64,000 nt of DNA from a virus: IMG/VR virus record IMGVR_UViG_3300031991_000033; one strand, 5' to 3'. A model generated the notes under the pieces. The model was not told where the DNA came from. It made no database searches and saw only the letters and a list, made by a program, of their open reading frames with translations. Each line of letters begins with the position of its first letter. The stretch's first letter is position 1. The position numbers and the translations under genes were made by a program. This document shows, one piece after another, positions 18,299 through 28,369 of this stretch.

Positions 18299-18532
18299 GC
18301 GGTGTTCTTGACACGCCGCTCTTGCATATTTTTCAGCAGTGACGAAGCCCTTGAAGGTATATCGAGGGCATTCGTCCATATTGCCTTCGCCTTCTAGCCT
18401 CAAAAGAGTGTCGGTATCACCGACATGCTGAACGAGCGATCCATGCTCTGAACGAAGTTCCCCACAGGTACACATCTCATCAACTACCCAATCTTGAAGG
18501 CGTTTTGAGTAGAAGGGTTGGATCGCAGTCAT
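18113..18532 (-). CDS. Hypothetical Cys/His-containing protein
   Basis: CTCG..SEHG motif. The 3' part overlaps the kinase gene antisense, so the extent is uncertain. Confidence 0.4.
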   Translation of the reverse strand: MTAIQPFYSKRLQDWVVDEMCTCGELRSEHGSLVQHVGDTDTLLRLEGEGNMDECPRYTFKGFVTAEKYARAACQEHRLVHLEAVQTLSFCEHSFSTRTRQLHVSRNSVVVYNFFLGWISDSEDFHLFFFVDQDDDAII

Positions 18533-18763
18533 TGTTTCGACCTTTACATTTCAGGCTCCGTTTGCCTTCGTTGAACCATTCAACGAAGTGATTCTTTAGT
18601 GCTGTTGCAACTCCCGTACCAAGCGAGAACGCCTCAGCACAATCTCTATTTTATTGATTTGAATTTCGAAGAATATCGGGAAATATCTGAAAAACTAGGC
18701 GAAAAAACCTGTGCCACGTCGATTACTCCGACAAAATGTCTGATGATCACGACAAAATGCCGA

Positions 18764-19231
18764 TCATTCAACGATCAAGTTGGTTGCTGAGAGACCGATG
18801 TCAAGCCATTCCTTGAAGGATGGTTTGATTCTGCGACGTAAAGCACGCAGATATTTGGGCATATCTCTCTTGAGGGCAGGGTGAAGGGGAAACCTAGGGA
18901 GTTCCCCGATCTCAACCCACATCCATGCAGAGTGCTCTTTGGAGAGCTTACGCACCTTAAAATGCGTGTCCACCTTCCATAGTATGCAATGGAACTCGAA
19001 TTGTCCAGTCCTAGAAGTCAGTGTTTCAATTTTTGTGCCGGGCGGTCGATAGACTCCGGTTTCTTCTCGAAGCTCACGCCGAGCCGTCTCTTCTGGACGC
19101 TCACCTTCTTCGCTGTGACCACCGGGTAGACACCATGTTCTCGGATAGGTTTCGGTGTGGTTGCGTTTGAGCAAGAGGATTTTAGAGCCGTCCGAGAAGA
19201 GATAACCGGCTCCTTGTTTTCGCTTGCTCAT
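18764..19231 (-). CDS. Nudix hydrolase
   Basis: Nudix box GGHSEEGERPEETARRELREETG; ILLLKR; EHSAWMW. Confidence 0.93.
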   Translation of the reverse strand: MSKRKQGAGYLFSDGSKILLLKRNHTETYPRTWCLPGGHSEEGERPEETARRELREETGVYRPPGTKIETLTSRTGQFEFHCILWKVDTHFKVRKLSKEHSAWMWVEIGELPRFPLHPALKRDMPKYLRALRRRIKPSFKEWLDIGLSATNLIVE

Positions 19232-19692
19232 GCTTTAGGACCAGTCTTGAGTGGCACTCGCTTCAGTTTCGCCATGTGACGATCTGGCTTGTCCTTGAGA
19301 CCGTGCATCTCATTCTTCACTTCCTTCACGATGTCTGATGCATTTGTTGCATCAAGTTTCTTGGAATCACCTTGCTTGGTGATCGACTTCGTGTCTTTAC
19401 GGAAGAAACCTTTGGTCAAGAAGTAGCATTTGTGGTGCGTGTTCCATGAGACCACAACGGTCCATGTGCCATCGTCCCAATTGCGTTGAGACACCATGAT
19501 GCGTGGCAGGTTGTCATCAAACACCTGCTTCACATGGAAGTCCGCCTTCTTGAGACCAGCAGAGGTGTAGCCAAGAGAGATTTTGGCATAGTTCGTCAAT
19601 ACTTCATCGACGCCAGTGCGGAAGTTGACCTCCACACTGTATCGAGTGCTGTTGTTTGATTCATTGATGAGCCAGCCTACAAAGTCTTCCAT
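19228..19692 (-). CDS. Hypothetical protein
   Basis: 154 aa; AAGGTGG RBS; N-terminus MEDFVGWLINE. Confidence 0.75.
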   Translation of the reverse strand: MEDFVGWLINESNNSTRYSVEVNFRTGVDEVLTNYAKISLGYTSAGLKKADFHVKQVFDDNLPRIMVSQRNWDDGTWTVVVSWNTHHKCYFLTKGFFRKDTKSITKQGDSKKLDATNASDIVKEVKNEMHGLKDKPDRHMAKLKRVPLKTGPKA

Positions 19693-19701
19693 TGTTCCAC
19701 C

Positions 19702-19866
19702 TTACAGCAAACAAATACCTGCGAAGGCACAGATTAGGATTTTGATGATCCACCAAATCACCAACCCAGCTACGCCAAATCCAAGAATCCACTCCTTGAC
19801 GCCCATCAATTTTTCGAGAAACGTCTTTGGTTGTTCTGGTTCTTGCGGTTGCATATCTTCGGTCAT
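19702..19866 (-). CDS. 54-aa membrane protein (not in the ORF track)
   Basis: AGGAGG RBS; MTEDMQPQEPEQPKTFLEKLMGVKEWILGFGVAGLVIWWIIKILICAFAGICLL. Confidence 0.65.
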   Translation of the reverse strand: MTEDMQPQEPEQPKTFLEKLMGVKEWILGFGVAGLVIWWIIKILICAFAGICLL

Positions 19867-20192
19867 TGCAGACCTCCTACAAATTTGGAAGCACGATCAG
19901 AGGCATTCTTGTCATGCTGATTATATGTATCGTTTCCCATTCGATAAAAGTCCAAATTTGAGTTGTGCATTAAAGCATCTTTCAGCATTTTCTTGAGCTT
20001 TTCCGCCATCTCTGGGTGTTCGCCAAGAACTTTTGCGATAGCTGCTTTATTCTCAGGTTTTTGTAGTTGTGCGATTAAGCCCATCTCATTTTCGTGTGTG
20101 TACGTTCCCGGTCGGCTTACACGCATATCGGCGGTTGGAAGTCCACCTTCGATGCCGTTGTTCTCTTTTAGATATTCCAAAAACGATTTCAT
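19863..20192 (-). CDS. Hypothetical protein; possible internal head protein
   Basis: AAGGA RBS; N-terminus MKSFLEYLKE. Confidence 0.7.
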   Translation of the reverse strand: MKSFLEYLKENNGIEGGLPTADMRVSRPGTYTHENEMGLIAQLQKPENKAAIAKVLGEHPEMAEKLKKMLKDALMHNSNLDFYRMGNDTYNQHDKNASDRASKFVGGLQ

Positions 20193-20202
20193 GATTTTTC
20201 CT

Positions 20203-21111
20203 TTAGTCCATTGTGATCGGTAGGATGTCGCCATAGCGGTTGATCAATTGTTCTTCCCACTTTTCTTTCAACTCCCAACCTTTGGTTTTCATATACTCAC
20301 CGTCAAGTTGCACACCACCATTTGGTCCCGGTGGATTAGCAAATCTTCCACGAATGTGACCAAGTGTAATCATCACGTGTGCCAAAGCACCTTCACGCAT
20401 CGATTGAGTAACTTTTTTCCAATCTTTGCACTTTTGCAGATAGTGGACAATTACTCGTGAGCAACGACAAGGTGTTGGATAGAGTTTCACGTAACCCATA
20501 TCAGAAACCCATTCCCAGCCACCGATATTAGAAGATACTCTTGAATACATCTGTTCGTATTGTTTGTACAACACCCATTCGCCCATTTTACCCCAGATTG
20601 GTTGGATGGGGTTAATCATTCCAGCACCACCAGCATTACCGCCCGGATAGAAGTATTCAATTGGAATAACTCCATCTAAGTCCGAGGCACTGAATGCGTG
20701 TTGGCCTTGTTCTTTGTAAAAGACATTGCGAATAATACCTACATCATCAGGCATTTTATACACGCTCTTACCCGGAACGGTTGGGAATGTGTAATAATCG
20801 AAGAACTCTCGTGGAGCAAAATCTTCGATAATGTCGAGGGTTTCTTCGATTGCTTCGTCAATTTGTTGTTCATCGAGTTCCAATTTGATTGTTGGAGCAC
20901 CGAGTTTCAAGAGGATATAGTCTTTGATTCGTTCTCGAATTGCTTCTCGGTTTTTTCTAGGACTAATGTTGACATCCTCTACATAGTAGGAGCAAGCTGA
21001 TCCGCTACAACCATCGTAGGGTACAGCGACCCCGCCCGCCGCACAAAGGGCGTCGAACTTTGGTTTTGATGGTCTGCTGATTGCTAACGTGCGTGAACCG
21101 CAATTTCCCAT
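20203..21111 (-). CDS. Neck protein, T4 gp13-like
   Basis: LLKLGAPTIKLELDEQQIDEAIEETL and GHIRGRFANPPGPNGGVQLDGEYM resemble the gp13 pattern. Confidence 0.8.
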   Translation of the reverse strand: MGNCGSRTLAISRPSKPKFDALCAAGGVAVPYDGCSGSACSYYVEDVNISPRKNREAIRERIKDYILLKLGAPTIKLELDEQQIDEAIEETLDIIEDFAPREFFDYYTFPTVPGKSVYKMPDDVGIIRNVFYKEQGQHAFSASDLDGVIPIEYFYPGGNAGGAGMINPIQPIWGKMGEWVLYKQYEQMYSRVSSNIGGWEWVSDMGYVKLYPTPCRCSRVIVHYLQKCKDWKKVTQSMREGALAHVMITLGHIRGRFANPPGPNGGVQLDGEYMKTKGWELKEKWEEQLINRYGDILPITMD

Positions 21112-21183
21112 GTTGGTTTCCTCTTAATTTGGATCGTCACAGATATATAGGATAATGAAGCTAGGAATGTGAGAGCGAGCATT

Positions 21184-24100
21184 ATGAATTCATTTAGACT
21201 ATTTCTAATCGAACAAGAAAACCAACAGGCGTGGTACGATAAAGTTCCGCTACCTGAAATGACGGGTAACGCCTTGATGGTTACCCGGCAGTATGCTTAC
21301 AACTACGCCAAACAAGGCGGGGAAATTCAGGAAACGCACGGTCAGGTTGTAGCTGGTCGTGGCTATCCTTTGAACAAAGCTGCTGCCAACATGTTGTCGA
21401 TTGTTCCGGTTAGCTCTTCTGCAACAACTCAGGGTCGTGGAGAAAAAACAACAGCAGCACCAGCCGAACAAAAGAATGTTGGTGCCATGATTCACGCCTT
21501 TGACTGGTTGATGAATCGTGGTCTCTACGAAGCTTTGAAAATCCGTCAGAAACTTGCAAAACTTGCAACCCAAGAACTGCGTCAGCAGCTTGGCGATGCT
21601 GAGTTCGAAAATCTCGTGCGTGGTCCTGAAATCACCGAAGACATGGTGTATTCCAGAAAAGCCCACGAAGCGATTCCACCACTCGGAAAATGGTTCAATA
21701 ATCTCGAACCGTCTGCCACTGAACCAAAGAGCATGATCAGGTTCCCATCTACTGCTAAGGCTAAGACCGACAGCAGCAAGTGGATTCGTTTATCTTTGGA
21801 AGACATCAACCGTGTTATTCAGATGCTCAACCAAGAACAAGGAATCGTCAAGCTGGATGAGTTCCGTTATGGTGGTCCTGACGGCTTTGTTGAATGGATT
21901 GAAGATGGTTCTTGGACAGAAAACGAAAAGTTAGGAACCGTAGACACCAAGCAACCTTGGCGTACCAAGCACGGTGTCTCTCTGCATGATGCACAAGCTG
22001 TATCTGATCCACAAACAGGTCAGATGGCTTACCAATTCGGTGGTATCATTTCTCCTTTGCGTAACCTTGAAGGCTCTTACCAAAAGAAGCTTCGAGCCGA
22101 CGTACAAGCTTTGATTGGTCATACTGCACAAGCTATCGCAGGAAAGATTGATCAATCCTCTTTGTCTCCTGAAGAAAAAGAGTACCTTGAACAAATCACT
22201 GGTTTGTACAAAGCATCTGAAAACAACCATCTTGATTTCAATTTCGATTTCTCGACCCAGAGAGGCTATGAGCAAAGTTGGCCAACTAAGACTGATGAAG
22301 ATTTTAGTTCTGATGAGAGGAACGATTATGCTATCCACGTGCTACTTGCCCGTGCCGAAGTAGAGAAGCGTGCGGAGATCAATTCCGCACCCGAAGCAGC
22401 GAGTGTTGCTGCTAAGATGAACTCGGTCAAGTCTGCCGTGAATGAACTCGGTCCATTGTTGGATGACAACGAGAGGCTGTGGGTCAGTGGTGTTTCCAAG
22501 AAGTACGGCGTTGAATTAGGTGAATTGAAATTGATCATCGCTGGTAAGAATTCTGTTACCCCAGAGAACAAGGATAGCTTCCTCAAAGCCTTCGGTGTTG
22601 AACAAGGAAAAGATCATTACAAACTTGGTTCTGCACGTATGAAGTCGGGTACAGACATTCGTACCTCTGGTATCTTGAACAATGGTTTCAAGTATTTGCA
22701 ACACATGCGTGCGAGTGGTGCGTCTATTGGCGGCATCATCAAAAAGTTCCTTGGCGAAGACATTCAGAGCGGTAAGTTTGGCGACATCGATTTCAGCACT
22801 TTGGCGGAAGATTTGGATCAATTGGCTGCAAAAGCTTCTTTGCCAAAAATGGCTTTGAAAGATGGCAAGCCTGTTGCGTTGAAGGGTGAATTTGGTACTG
22901 AGGTTTCCAGCAGCAAGAGATTAAACCACAGTCAGATCAAAGAACTTATTGATCAAGGGTATCAATGGATGCCTGACCGTGGTCAAGACAAAGATATGAA
23001 CAATGCGTTGGCTGGAACGCTTGTGAACGCCGACAATATGATTGCACTTCGACGCAAGAGTCAAGACTCTGATTGGGATGCTACGTTCATTGATGACGAT
23101 GAAGGCAAGGCGATTCAGGGATATAGTGCTGATGTGCCGATGTTGTTCCCAAGTCGCAAGGTGCGTTACGGTACAAACTATGTAGCAAGTGATGCTGGTG
23201 GTCGCAATGACATGCAAAGCAGCATTAAAGACATGGAACAAAACCCAGAAGATTGGGGTTATGGTATCGGCAACTTGCCGCCAGATGTTCATTCTCACAT
23301 GAAGAATGCGGCTTTCACTTTGATTCGCAACGGTCGATCTGGTTCACCGGAAAATCGACGAGACATTCCATTTGCAGACAGGGAAGCTGGTTCTTTGGGT
23401 GTCGAACTATTGTCACACGTTGCTCAACGTCTTACAGGTCCGATGCTGAAGTATGGTGACCTGCGTGACAAAGATGTTTTGGGAACTTTGCGTAATCAGT
23501 TGATGATGGATGCGAATGGACTTCCCGGTTTAGCTGATACTAAGACAACAGCTTTCTGGATTGAGCGAGCCGGTAAGTTTTTGATGAGTGGTGGAAAACC
23601 AAAATTTGTAGAGACCGACGATTACTCGCCTGAAGCATGGGCAAACCGTCCTGTCGAAGAAATGCCAAAAGGTGTTTACAACGCCTTTTTGACAACGGGT
23701 GCTCACGCACGTGCTAAAGCGGCTAGAGCCTTTGCACGTGAACAACTTAAAATGGACAAGGCTGGACAAGCACCTGTTGGCAAAGGCAAAGAAGGGGATG
23801 AAATCTCTTTCGACGCTGAAGACATGCGAGGCAAACACCTAGCCAATAGTGATACGCCTTATGACCCTGCCGCTGAACGTGCAGCTAAGTCTGGTAGCGG
23901 GCAAGCCGATACAATGCGTAACCGACTTGGTGTTGACCGATTCCAAGGTGGATTCGGTGATGACGCACAACGTATTGAACCGGGGCAGAGTGGTAGTGCT
24001 TCTGTGAATTTGCAGCCAGTTCGCCGTCAACGCAAGTTGGAAGACGATGGACGTTATGTTAGCAACTATGACCGCACGAAGCAAACTCTTACGAGTGATG

Positions 24101-24894
24101 CTAAAGAAATTGCTCGTGAAGTTCGTGGTATTCAGAGCGATACGGTAAACACGGCGATTCAAGGTAGACTTGACGCTATTTCTGACCATGTTTGTGGAAT
24201 CTTGAATGGCATGGCTGAGAATATCAACATGCAGAAAGATAAGAACGACAATATGCTTAAGCCGTTGATCGACTTTGCTAAAGAAGTTTGTTTGACTCTT
24301 ATGGCTCGTTACGAGCGAAATCAAGATCAAATCAATTTGAAACGAACTTTTGCCGAGGCGATGGGTGGAGTTGGTCCAGTGGTATTGCGTAAAGCACGTG
24401 ATGCGAAAGAATCTGAACGTTCGGCATTCTTTAATGCTGGCGACGATCAAGGTCAACAAGAATTGCGACCTGCTGCTTCTACGGCACAACAACAACCAGC
24501 CGCACAAAGTTCTCCGAACATCGTTGGTGGTAACTCCTTGAAAGACATTATGGCACGCAAGCGTGCGGAGCGTGGCGAGCAAACGCCTCAGCAATCTCCG
24601 CAACAGCCGCCGCAACAAGGTGGTGGTTTGCGTGGCTTTATTGACCGCAATAAGGACAAGAAGGAATCTTACTCTTTTAGAACACGTTATCTCCGCAAGC
24701 TTGCTGAGATGGCTGGTGCTACGGGTGCAGTATATGACGGAAGTAAGGGCGGCAAAGACTTCGAAGGTAATTGGGAGGGTGCCGTTGGTGATCCCCTTGG
24801 TGTTTCAATCAAGGGAGATGTAGAAGACCGTCAATCTAACCCGGATGGAACGAAGGGTAAGAAACGTGGAAAATCAAAGTCAACAGCCAAATAA
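21184..24894 (+). CDS. Very large hypothetical protein (about 1240 aa); probable virion/internal protein
   Basis: Long uninterrupted ORF; Q/P-rich low-complexity stretch near the C-terminus; no enzymatic motif recognised. Confidence 0.85.
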   Translation: MNSFRLFLIEQENQQAWYDKVPLPEMTGNALMVTRQYAYNYAKQGGEIQETHGQVVAGRGYPLNKAAANMLSIVPVSSSATTQGRGEKTTAAPAEQKNVGAMIHAFDWLMNRGLYEALKIRQKLAKLATQELRQQLGDAEFENLVRGPEITEDMVYSRKAHEAIPPLGKWFNNLEPSATEPKSMIRFPSTAKAKTDSSKWIRLSLEDINRVIQMLNQEQGIVKLDEFRYGGPDGFVEWIEDGSWTENEKLGTVDTKQPWRTKHGVSLHDAQAVSDPQTGQMAYQFGGIISPLRNLEGSYQKKLRADVQALIGHTAQAIAGKIDQSSLSPEEKEYLEQITGLYKASENNHLDFNFDFSTQRGYEQSWPTKTDEDFSSDERNDYAIHVLLARAEVEKRAEINSAPEAASVAAKMNSVKSAVNELGPLLDDNERLWVSGVSKKYGVELGELKLIIAGKNSVTPENKDSFLKAFGVEQGKDHYKLGSARMKSGTDIRTSGILNNGFKYLQHMRASGASIGGIIKKFLGEDIQSGKFGDIDFSTLAEDLDQLAAKASLPKMALKDGKPVALKGEFGTEVSSSKRLNHSQIKELIDQGYQWMPDRGQDKDMNNALAGTLVNADNMIALRRKSQDSDWDATFIDDDEGKAIQGYSADVPMLFPSRKVRYGTNYVASDAGGRNDMQSSIKDMEQNPEDWGYGIGNLPPDVHSHMKNAAFTLIRNGRSGSPENRRDIPFADREAGSLGVELLSHVAQRLTGPMLKYGDLRDKDVLGTLRNQLMMDANGLPGLADTKTTAFWIERAGKFLMSGGKPKFVETDDYSPEAWANRPVEEMPKGVYNAFLTTGAHARAKAARAFAREQLKMDKAGQAPVGKGKEGDEISFDAEDMRGKHLANSDTPYDPAAERAAKSGSGQADTMRNRLGVDRFQGGFGDDAQRIEPGQSGSASVNLQPVRRQRKLEDDGRYVSNYDRTKQTLTSDAKEIAREVRGIQSDTVNTAIQGRLDAISDHVCGILNGMAENINMQKDKNDNMLKPLIDFAKEVCLTLMARYERNQDQINLKRTFAEAMGGVGPVVLRKARDAKESERSAFFNAGDDQGQQELRPAASTAQQQPAAQSSPNIVGGNSLKDIMARKRAERGEQTPQQSPQQPPQQGGGLRGFIDRNKDKKESYSFRTRYLRKLAEMAGATGAVYDGSKGGKDFEGNWEGAVGDPLGVSIKGDVEDRQSNPDGTKGKKRGKSKSTAK

Positions 24895-25201
24895 TCCAAA
24901 CCTCATGAGGTACATGTCCAATCCAAGGTCATTTACCTTAAAGAAATGGTTTGCAGGCATTCTACAAGAGCGATTCCCACGTCACGAAAACACAGTCGAA
25001 CGAGTCGCCACAGCAATCGTTACTGAAGCGGATTTAGAAGCTTTCGGTAAATTGATGGGCGACTTGTTTGAAGTTGGCTATATGAAAGCAGTCAACGATT
25101 ATCGTGACGAGTTTGAGAGAATGGGAGTCAAGATTACGATTGGCACCAAGTCAGAATCGCCGCCTGAAGAGCCTCAGTCTGTAAAATCTGGATTGGCGTG
25201 A
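24845..25201 (+). CDS. Hypothetical protein
   Basis: 118-aa ORF overlapping the end of the large ORF; start uncertain. Confidence 0.6.
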   Translation: MERRVRNVENQSQQPNNPNLMRYMSNPRSFTLKKWFAGILQERFPRHENTVERVATAIVTEADLEAFGKLMGDLFEVGYMKAVNDYRDEFERMGVKITIGTKSESPPEEPQSVKSGLA

Positions 25202-25893
25202 GTGGGTGCGGCATAGACCATGTAGCCGCCGTCTAAAAGTTCCAATTCTTGTACTTGCCACCATCTTCTTGAGTGGTTTCTTGGATAGACTACCGAGGAT
25301 GCTGGAATCTCTGTGTTCGTCCAGAAGCGGCAAAAAAGGTCTTCTTCTTCGACCATGACTGCCTCGAATGTGAATTTATCACCATAGGCTTTTACTGTGA
25401 AAGTATCGCCATAGATATCGTCTTTAACCTTTCTGTCAAAGACTGGAAGGCAATAGACTTGAATCTTTTTCTGGCGAATTTTTGCCTTTTGGTCGTCGTT
25501 ATAAAATTCAGGTTGTTCGCCCGATGTGCGAGACATTTCCGACTTTGGTTTTGGCGGTAGTATTCTTTCGGGAGCTTTAACTTCAACAACCGGTTCCGGC
25601 TCTGGTTTTATAACAACTTCGACAACTGGAACTTCTTGAATGATTGGTTTTGGGTCAATTTTAGGCTCTGGTGAGAGGACTAGGACGTTTTCTATATCTT
25701 CTTTTGGTCTTGGTCCTTCTTTGTTGATCACATCGCTAATAACGGTTCGTTTGCCATCATCTTTCACAACTTCATCTTCAGTTTTGAAGTTGATGAACTT
25801 CAATTTGGATTTATCCCACAAATCCTGTTCTTTCATAACAGGGTTTGGTCCTTGCAGTTTGTAGACTTTTCCGTCTCTGTCCTTAATCGGCAT
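25174..25893 (-). CDS. Hypothetical protein with a Pro/Glu/Val-rich linker
   Basis: 239-aa ORF. Confidence 0.75.
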   Translation of the reverse strand: MPIKDRDGKVYKLQGPNPVMKEQDLWDKSKLKFINFKTEDEVVKDDGKRTVISDVINKEGPRPKEDIENVLVLSPEPKIDPKPIIQEVPVVEVVIKPEPEPVVEVKAPERILPPKPKSEMSRTSGEQPEFYNDDQKAKIRQKKIQVYCLPVFDRKVKDDIYGDTFTVKAYGDKFTFEAVMVEEEDLFCRFWTNTEIPASSVVYPRNHSRRWWQVQELELLDGGYMVYAAPTHANPDFTD

Positions 25894-26014
25894 AATTCAA
25901 AACCGTTCCTGTATAACTAATCTAAGGTAACCGTCCGATAATACTTGAGTGAGATGCTCAGATTTTACCGGTTTACACATAGATATAGAAGCTAAGAAAG
26001 CAAAAGGAGAAAAC

Positions 26015-26413
26015 ATGGCTCTAGTATGCCCTGATCAATTTGGCGAAATCCTACTGCTTCAATACATCGTTGGTCTGGTTGACGCTGGTAACCCCGTGTT
26101 GCATCTTTATGCAAACGACGTAACTCCATCTGACTCGACTGTAATCGGCGATCTTATTGAAGCAACCTCATCGGGTTATGCCGCTATTACTTTGGTGTCC
26201 TCAAACTGGACAACCACGCAAGCTGCTGGTGTTACAACTGCCGTTTACTCTGAAAGAACGTTCTCTTTCGGAACGGACGCTGTTTGCTATGGCTATTACG
26301 TTACAAACACATCTGGCAATCTTTTGTGGCTTGAACGATTCAGTGGTGCTCCATTCGACATCCCTGACGGCGGTGGAAGCATCAGCATCACCACCAAACT
26401 CACCTTGTCTTAA
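26015..26413 (+). CDS. Putative virion structural protein (beta-rich)
   Basis: AAAGGAG RBS; LHLYANDVTPS...GYAAITL...W...F pattern seen in phage structural proteins; precedes the neck/tail genes. Confidence 0.65.
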   Translation: MALVCPDQFGEILLLQYIVGLVDAGNPVLHLYANDVTPSDSTVIGDLIEATSSGYAAITLVSSNWTTTQAAGVTTAVYSERTFSFGTDAVCYGYYVTNTSGNLLWLERFSGAPFDIPDGGGSISITTKLTLS

Positions 26414-26427
26414 TTGGTGGTACAAAT

Positions 26428-26982
26428 ATGGTAATCAGAAACCCGGACGGGACTCCGTATCAAGTTGTAGGCTCGTTGCAACAATTCGATCCAGAAAACC
26501 CAGAGTTTGATTTACTCAACCTTTGGGACAGCGAAGCGATTAAACAAGGTGGAAGTCCGGTTTTCTATTACGAAGTTTTCATTCAGTCGAATACTGTTGA
26601 TCCACTCTACCTTGAAGACCGTGGCAAGATATGGTCTCCAAATCCCATCCAACTCTGGGCAATCTACGATCCCGTTCCATCTCAGAATTACATGACTACG
26701 TTTGGTGTTGATTCGCCTGACGAGGTAATGTTTGAGTTTAACTATCGGGATGCTTTAGATGCGATTGGTCATCCACCAAAAGTTGGATCAAGGCTCTATA
26801 CACCGCATCGTCGTGAGCATTGGGAGATTATTCAAAGAGGAGATGAACAATATCACTTGTGGGGGCAGTTCCGTTTACAAGTGATGTGTAGGCGTTTCCA
26901 AGAATCTCTCACTACAGGCGAAGGTAAAGTTACTCAGAAGGAGCCTGACTTTTCAATTGATGCGATTCGTGGTGCTCGATAA
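26428..26982 (+). CDS. Head-closure / neck protein, T4 gp14-like
   Basis: EAIKQGGSPVFY, DPLYLED, FGVDSPDEVMFEF and PKVGSRLY; located just before the gp15-like gene. Confidence 0.75.
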   Translation: MVIRNPDGTPYQVVGSLQQFDPENPEFDLLNLWDSEAIKQGGSPVFYYEVFIQSNTVDPLYLEDRGKIWSPNPIQLWAIYDPVPSQNYMTTFGVDSPDEVMFEFNYRDALDAIGHPPKVGSRLYTPHRREHWEIIQRGDEQYHLWGQFRLQVMCRRFQESLTTGEGKVTQKEPDFSIDAIRGAR

Positions 26983-27146
26983 CTTCATGCACTCTAGGTG
27001 GTATATGCACCTTAGCGAAAAAACGAAGTGGAATTTTGTTGGGTTGCAAACAACCCAATACAAACTTGACAGTCGGACTGCTGGGTTTTGAACCTTTGAT
27101 GAACTTGTATGGTTTCATACCATAGATAAGTGTAGGAATAGAAAAA

Positions 27147-28145
27147 ATGACGCAAGGTGATCTCAACAATTGTAATGAGCCGGGTCCAATCAAAGATTAC
27201 AACTTTGATTCGCCGCCACCATTTTGTCGTGAAGACCAACCTGATTGTGATAACGATCCAACAAACGCTTCTTTGCACGATGTACCCGGTAGAGTTGGTG
27301 CTTGGTTAGATGATCCAACATTACAGAAAACTGGTGTTGGAGAACGTGCAGACTGTGACCCGCATCTTAAGGGTCACATCATTAACTCACAAGACGGAAA
27401 ATCTGTAGACCGTAATGTTGTCTATCGATATGCCAAATCTTTGCGAGGAACAGATGAAGCGGTCAAGAGTTTATTCAACGATGTGATTGTATTGGACGAG
27501 TCAACGAAAGCATTTACTGTGCCGATTATTTGGGGCACGCAAGAGAAAGCTGTGATCACCATTCTTGGTGAGAACTACCGAAAAGACCCCTCGATGGTTG
27601 TGGATAGGATCAAACTCCCGATCATGTCAATTGCCTCAACGTCATACGATATCGATATGAGTCGCTATACGTATCACAAAGCAATTGATTATCTAAGAGA
27701 CTACAAGAACAACTGGCGTCCCGGTTTCGCTATTAAGGAACGATGGGAGAGAGATACGGTGTTTGGTGTGAGTCGAGGTCTTCCAGTTAATATCGGTTAC
27801 ACGCTTTATGTGTGGACGATGTATGAGGAAGACATGAATCAGATCACCGAACAAATTATTACAAAATTGACGCCTATGGGATATATAAGAGTGAAGGGAA
27901 TCGGCTGGGAGATTCCGGTGCGTTTAGAGTCAATTGCAAACAACATTGATTATGAACCCGGTGATCAAGCAGTACGAGTGATTAAGTATCAGTTCAACAT
28001 GACCGCTGAATCTTACATTGCTCAACCCATACATCGGAAGAAAGCTGTTCTCAAGACGAGAACAGAAATTGTGGACACTGTTGATGAAGATAACATAGCC
28101 GAAGTCATCGCACGACTAGAACAGGCTGTAGAGGAATTGCAATGA
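27147..28145 (+). CDS. Tail terminator / sheath stabiliser, T4 gp15-like
   Basis: VPIIWGTQEK, IKLPIMSI, YDIDMSR and PVNIGYTLYVWTMYEEDMNQITEQI. Confidence 0.8.
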   Translation: MTQGDLNNCNEPGPIKDYNFDSPPPFCREDQPDCDNDPTNASLHDVPGRVGAWLDDPTLQKTGVGERADCDPHLKGHIINSQDGKSVDRNVVYRYAKSLRGTDEAVKSLFNDVIVLDESTKAFTVPIIWGTQEKAVITILGENYRKDPSMVVDRIKLPIMSIASTSYDIDMSRYTYHKAIDYLRDYKNNWRPGFAIKERWERDTVFGVSRGLPVNIGYTLYVWTMYEEDMNQITEQIITKLTPMGYIRVKGIGWEIPVRLESIANNIDYEPGDQAVRVIKYQFNMTAESYIAQPIHRKKAVLKTRTEIVDTVDEDNIAEVIARLEQAVEELQ

Positions 28146-28366
28146 TTGAAGTCAAGAATAAAACACGAGGACCGGTGCAATTGGTTGTGCGGTCACGGTT
28201 GGCTCCAAGAGCTTTTACCACGCTAAATATACCCGGAATTGGAAAGGGTAAGAACGTCGTCCTCATTGAGGAAGAGCGGATCATATCTGAAATTCTTGAA
28301 AGGGTAGAGAAAACGGGGATGATCGCCACTAGATACATCAAAAATACGAAAGTAAAGGGAGATTAA
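28142..28366 (+). CDS. Small hypothetical protein
   Basis: GAGG RBS; ATGA overlap with gp15. Confidence 0.7.
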   Translation: MIEVKNKTRGPVQLVVRSRLAPRAFTTLNIPGIGKGKNVVLIEEERIISEILERVEKTGMIATRYIKNTKVKGD

Positions 28367-28369
28367 AGC

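Noticed and set aside
18599-18790. 63-aa plus-strand ORF in the gap after the kinase
   Set aside because: GTG start with no RBS, no motif, and it overlaps the Nudix 3' end; not supportable as a gene.
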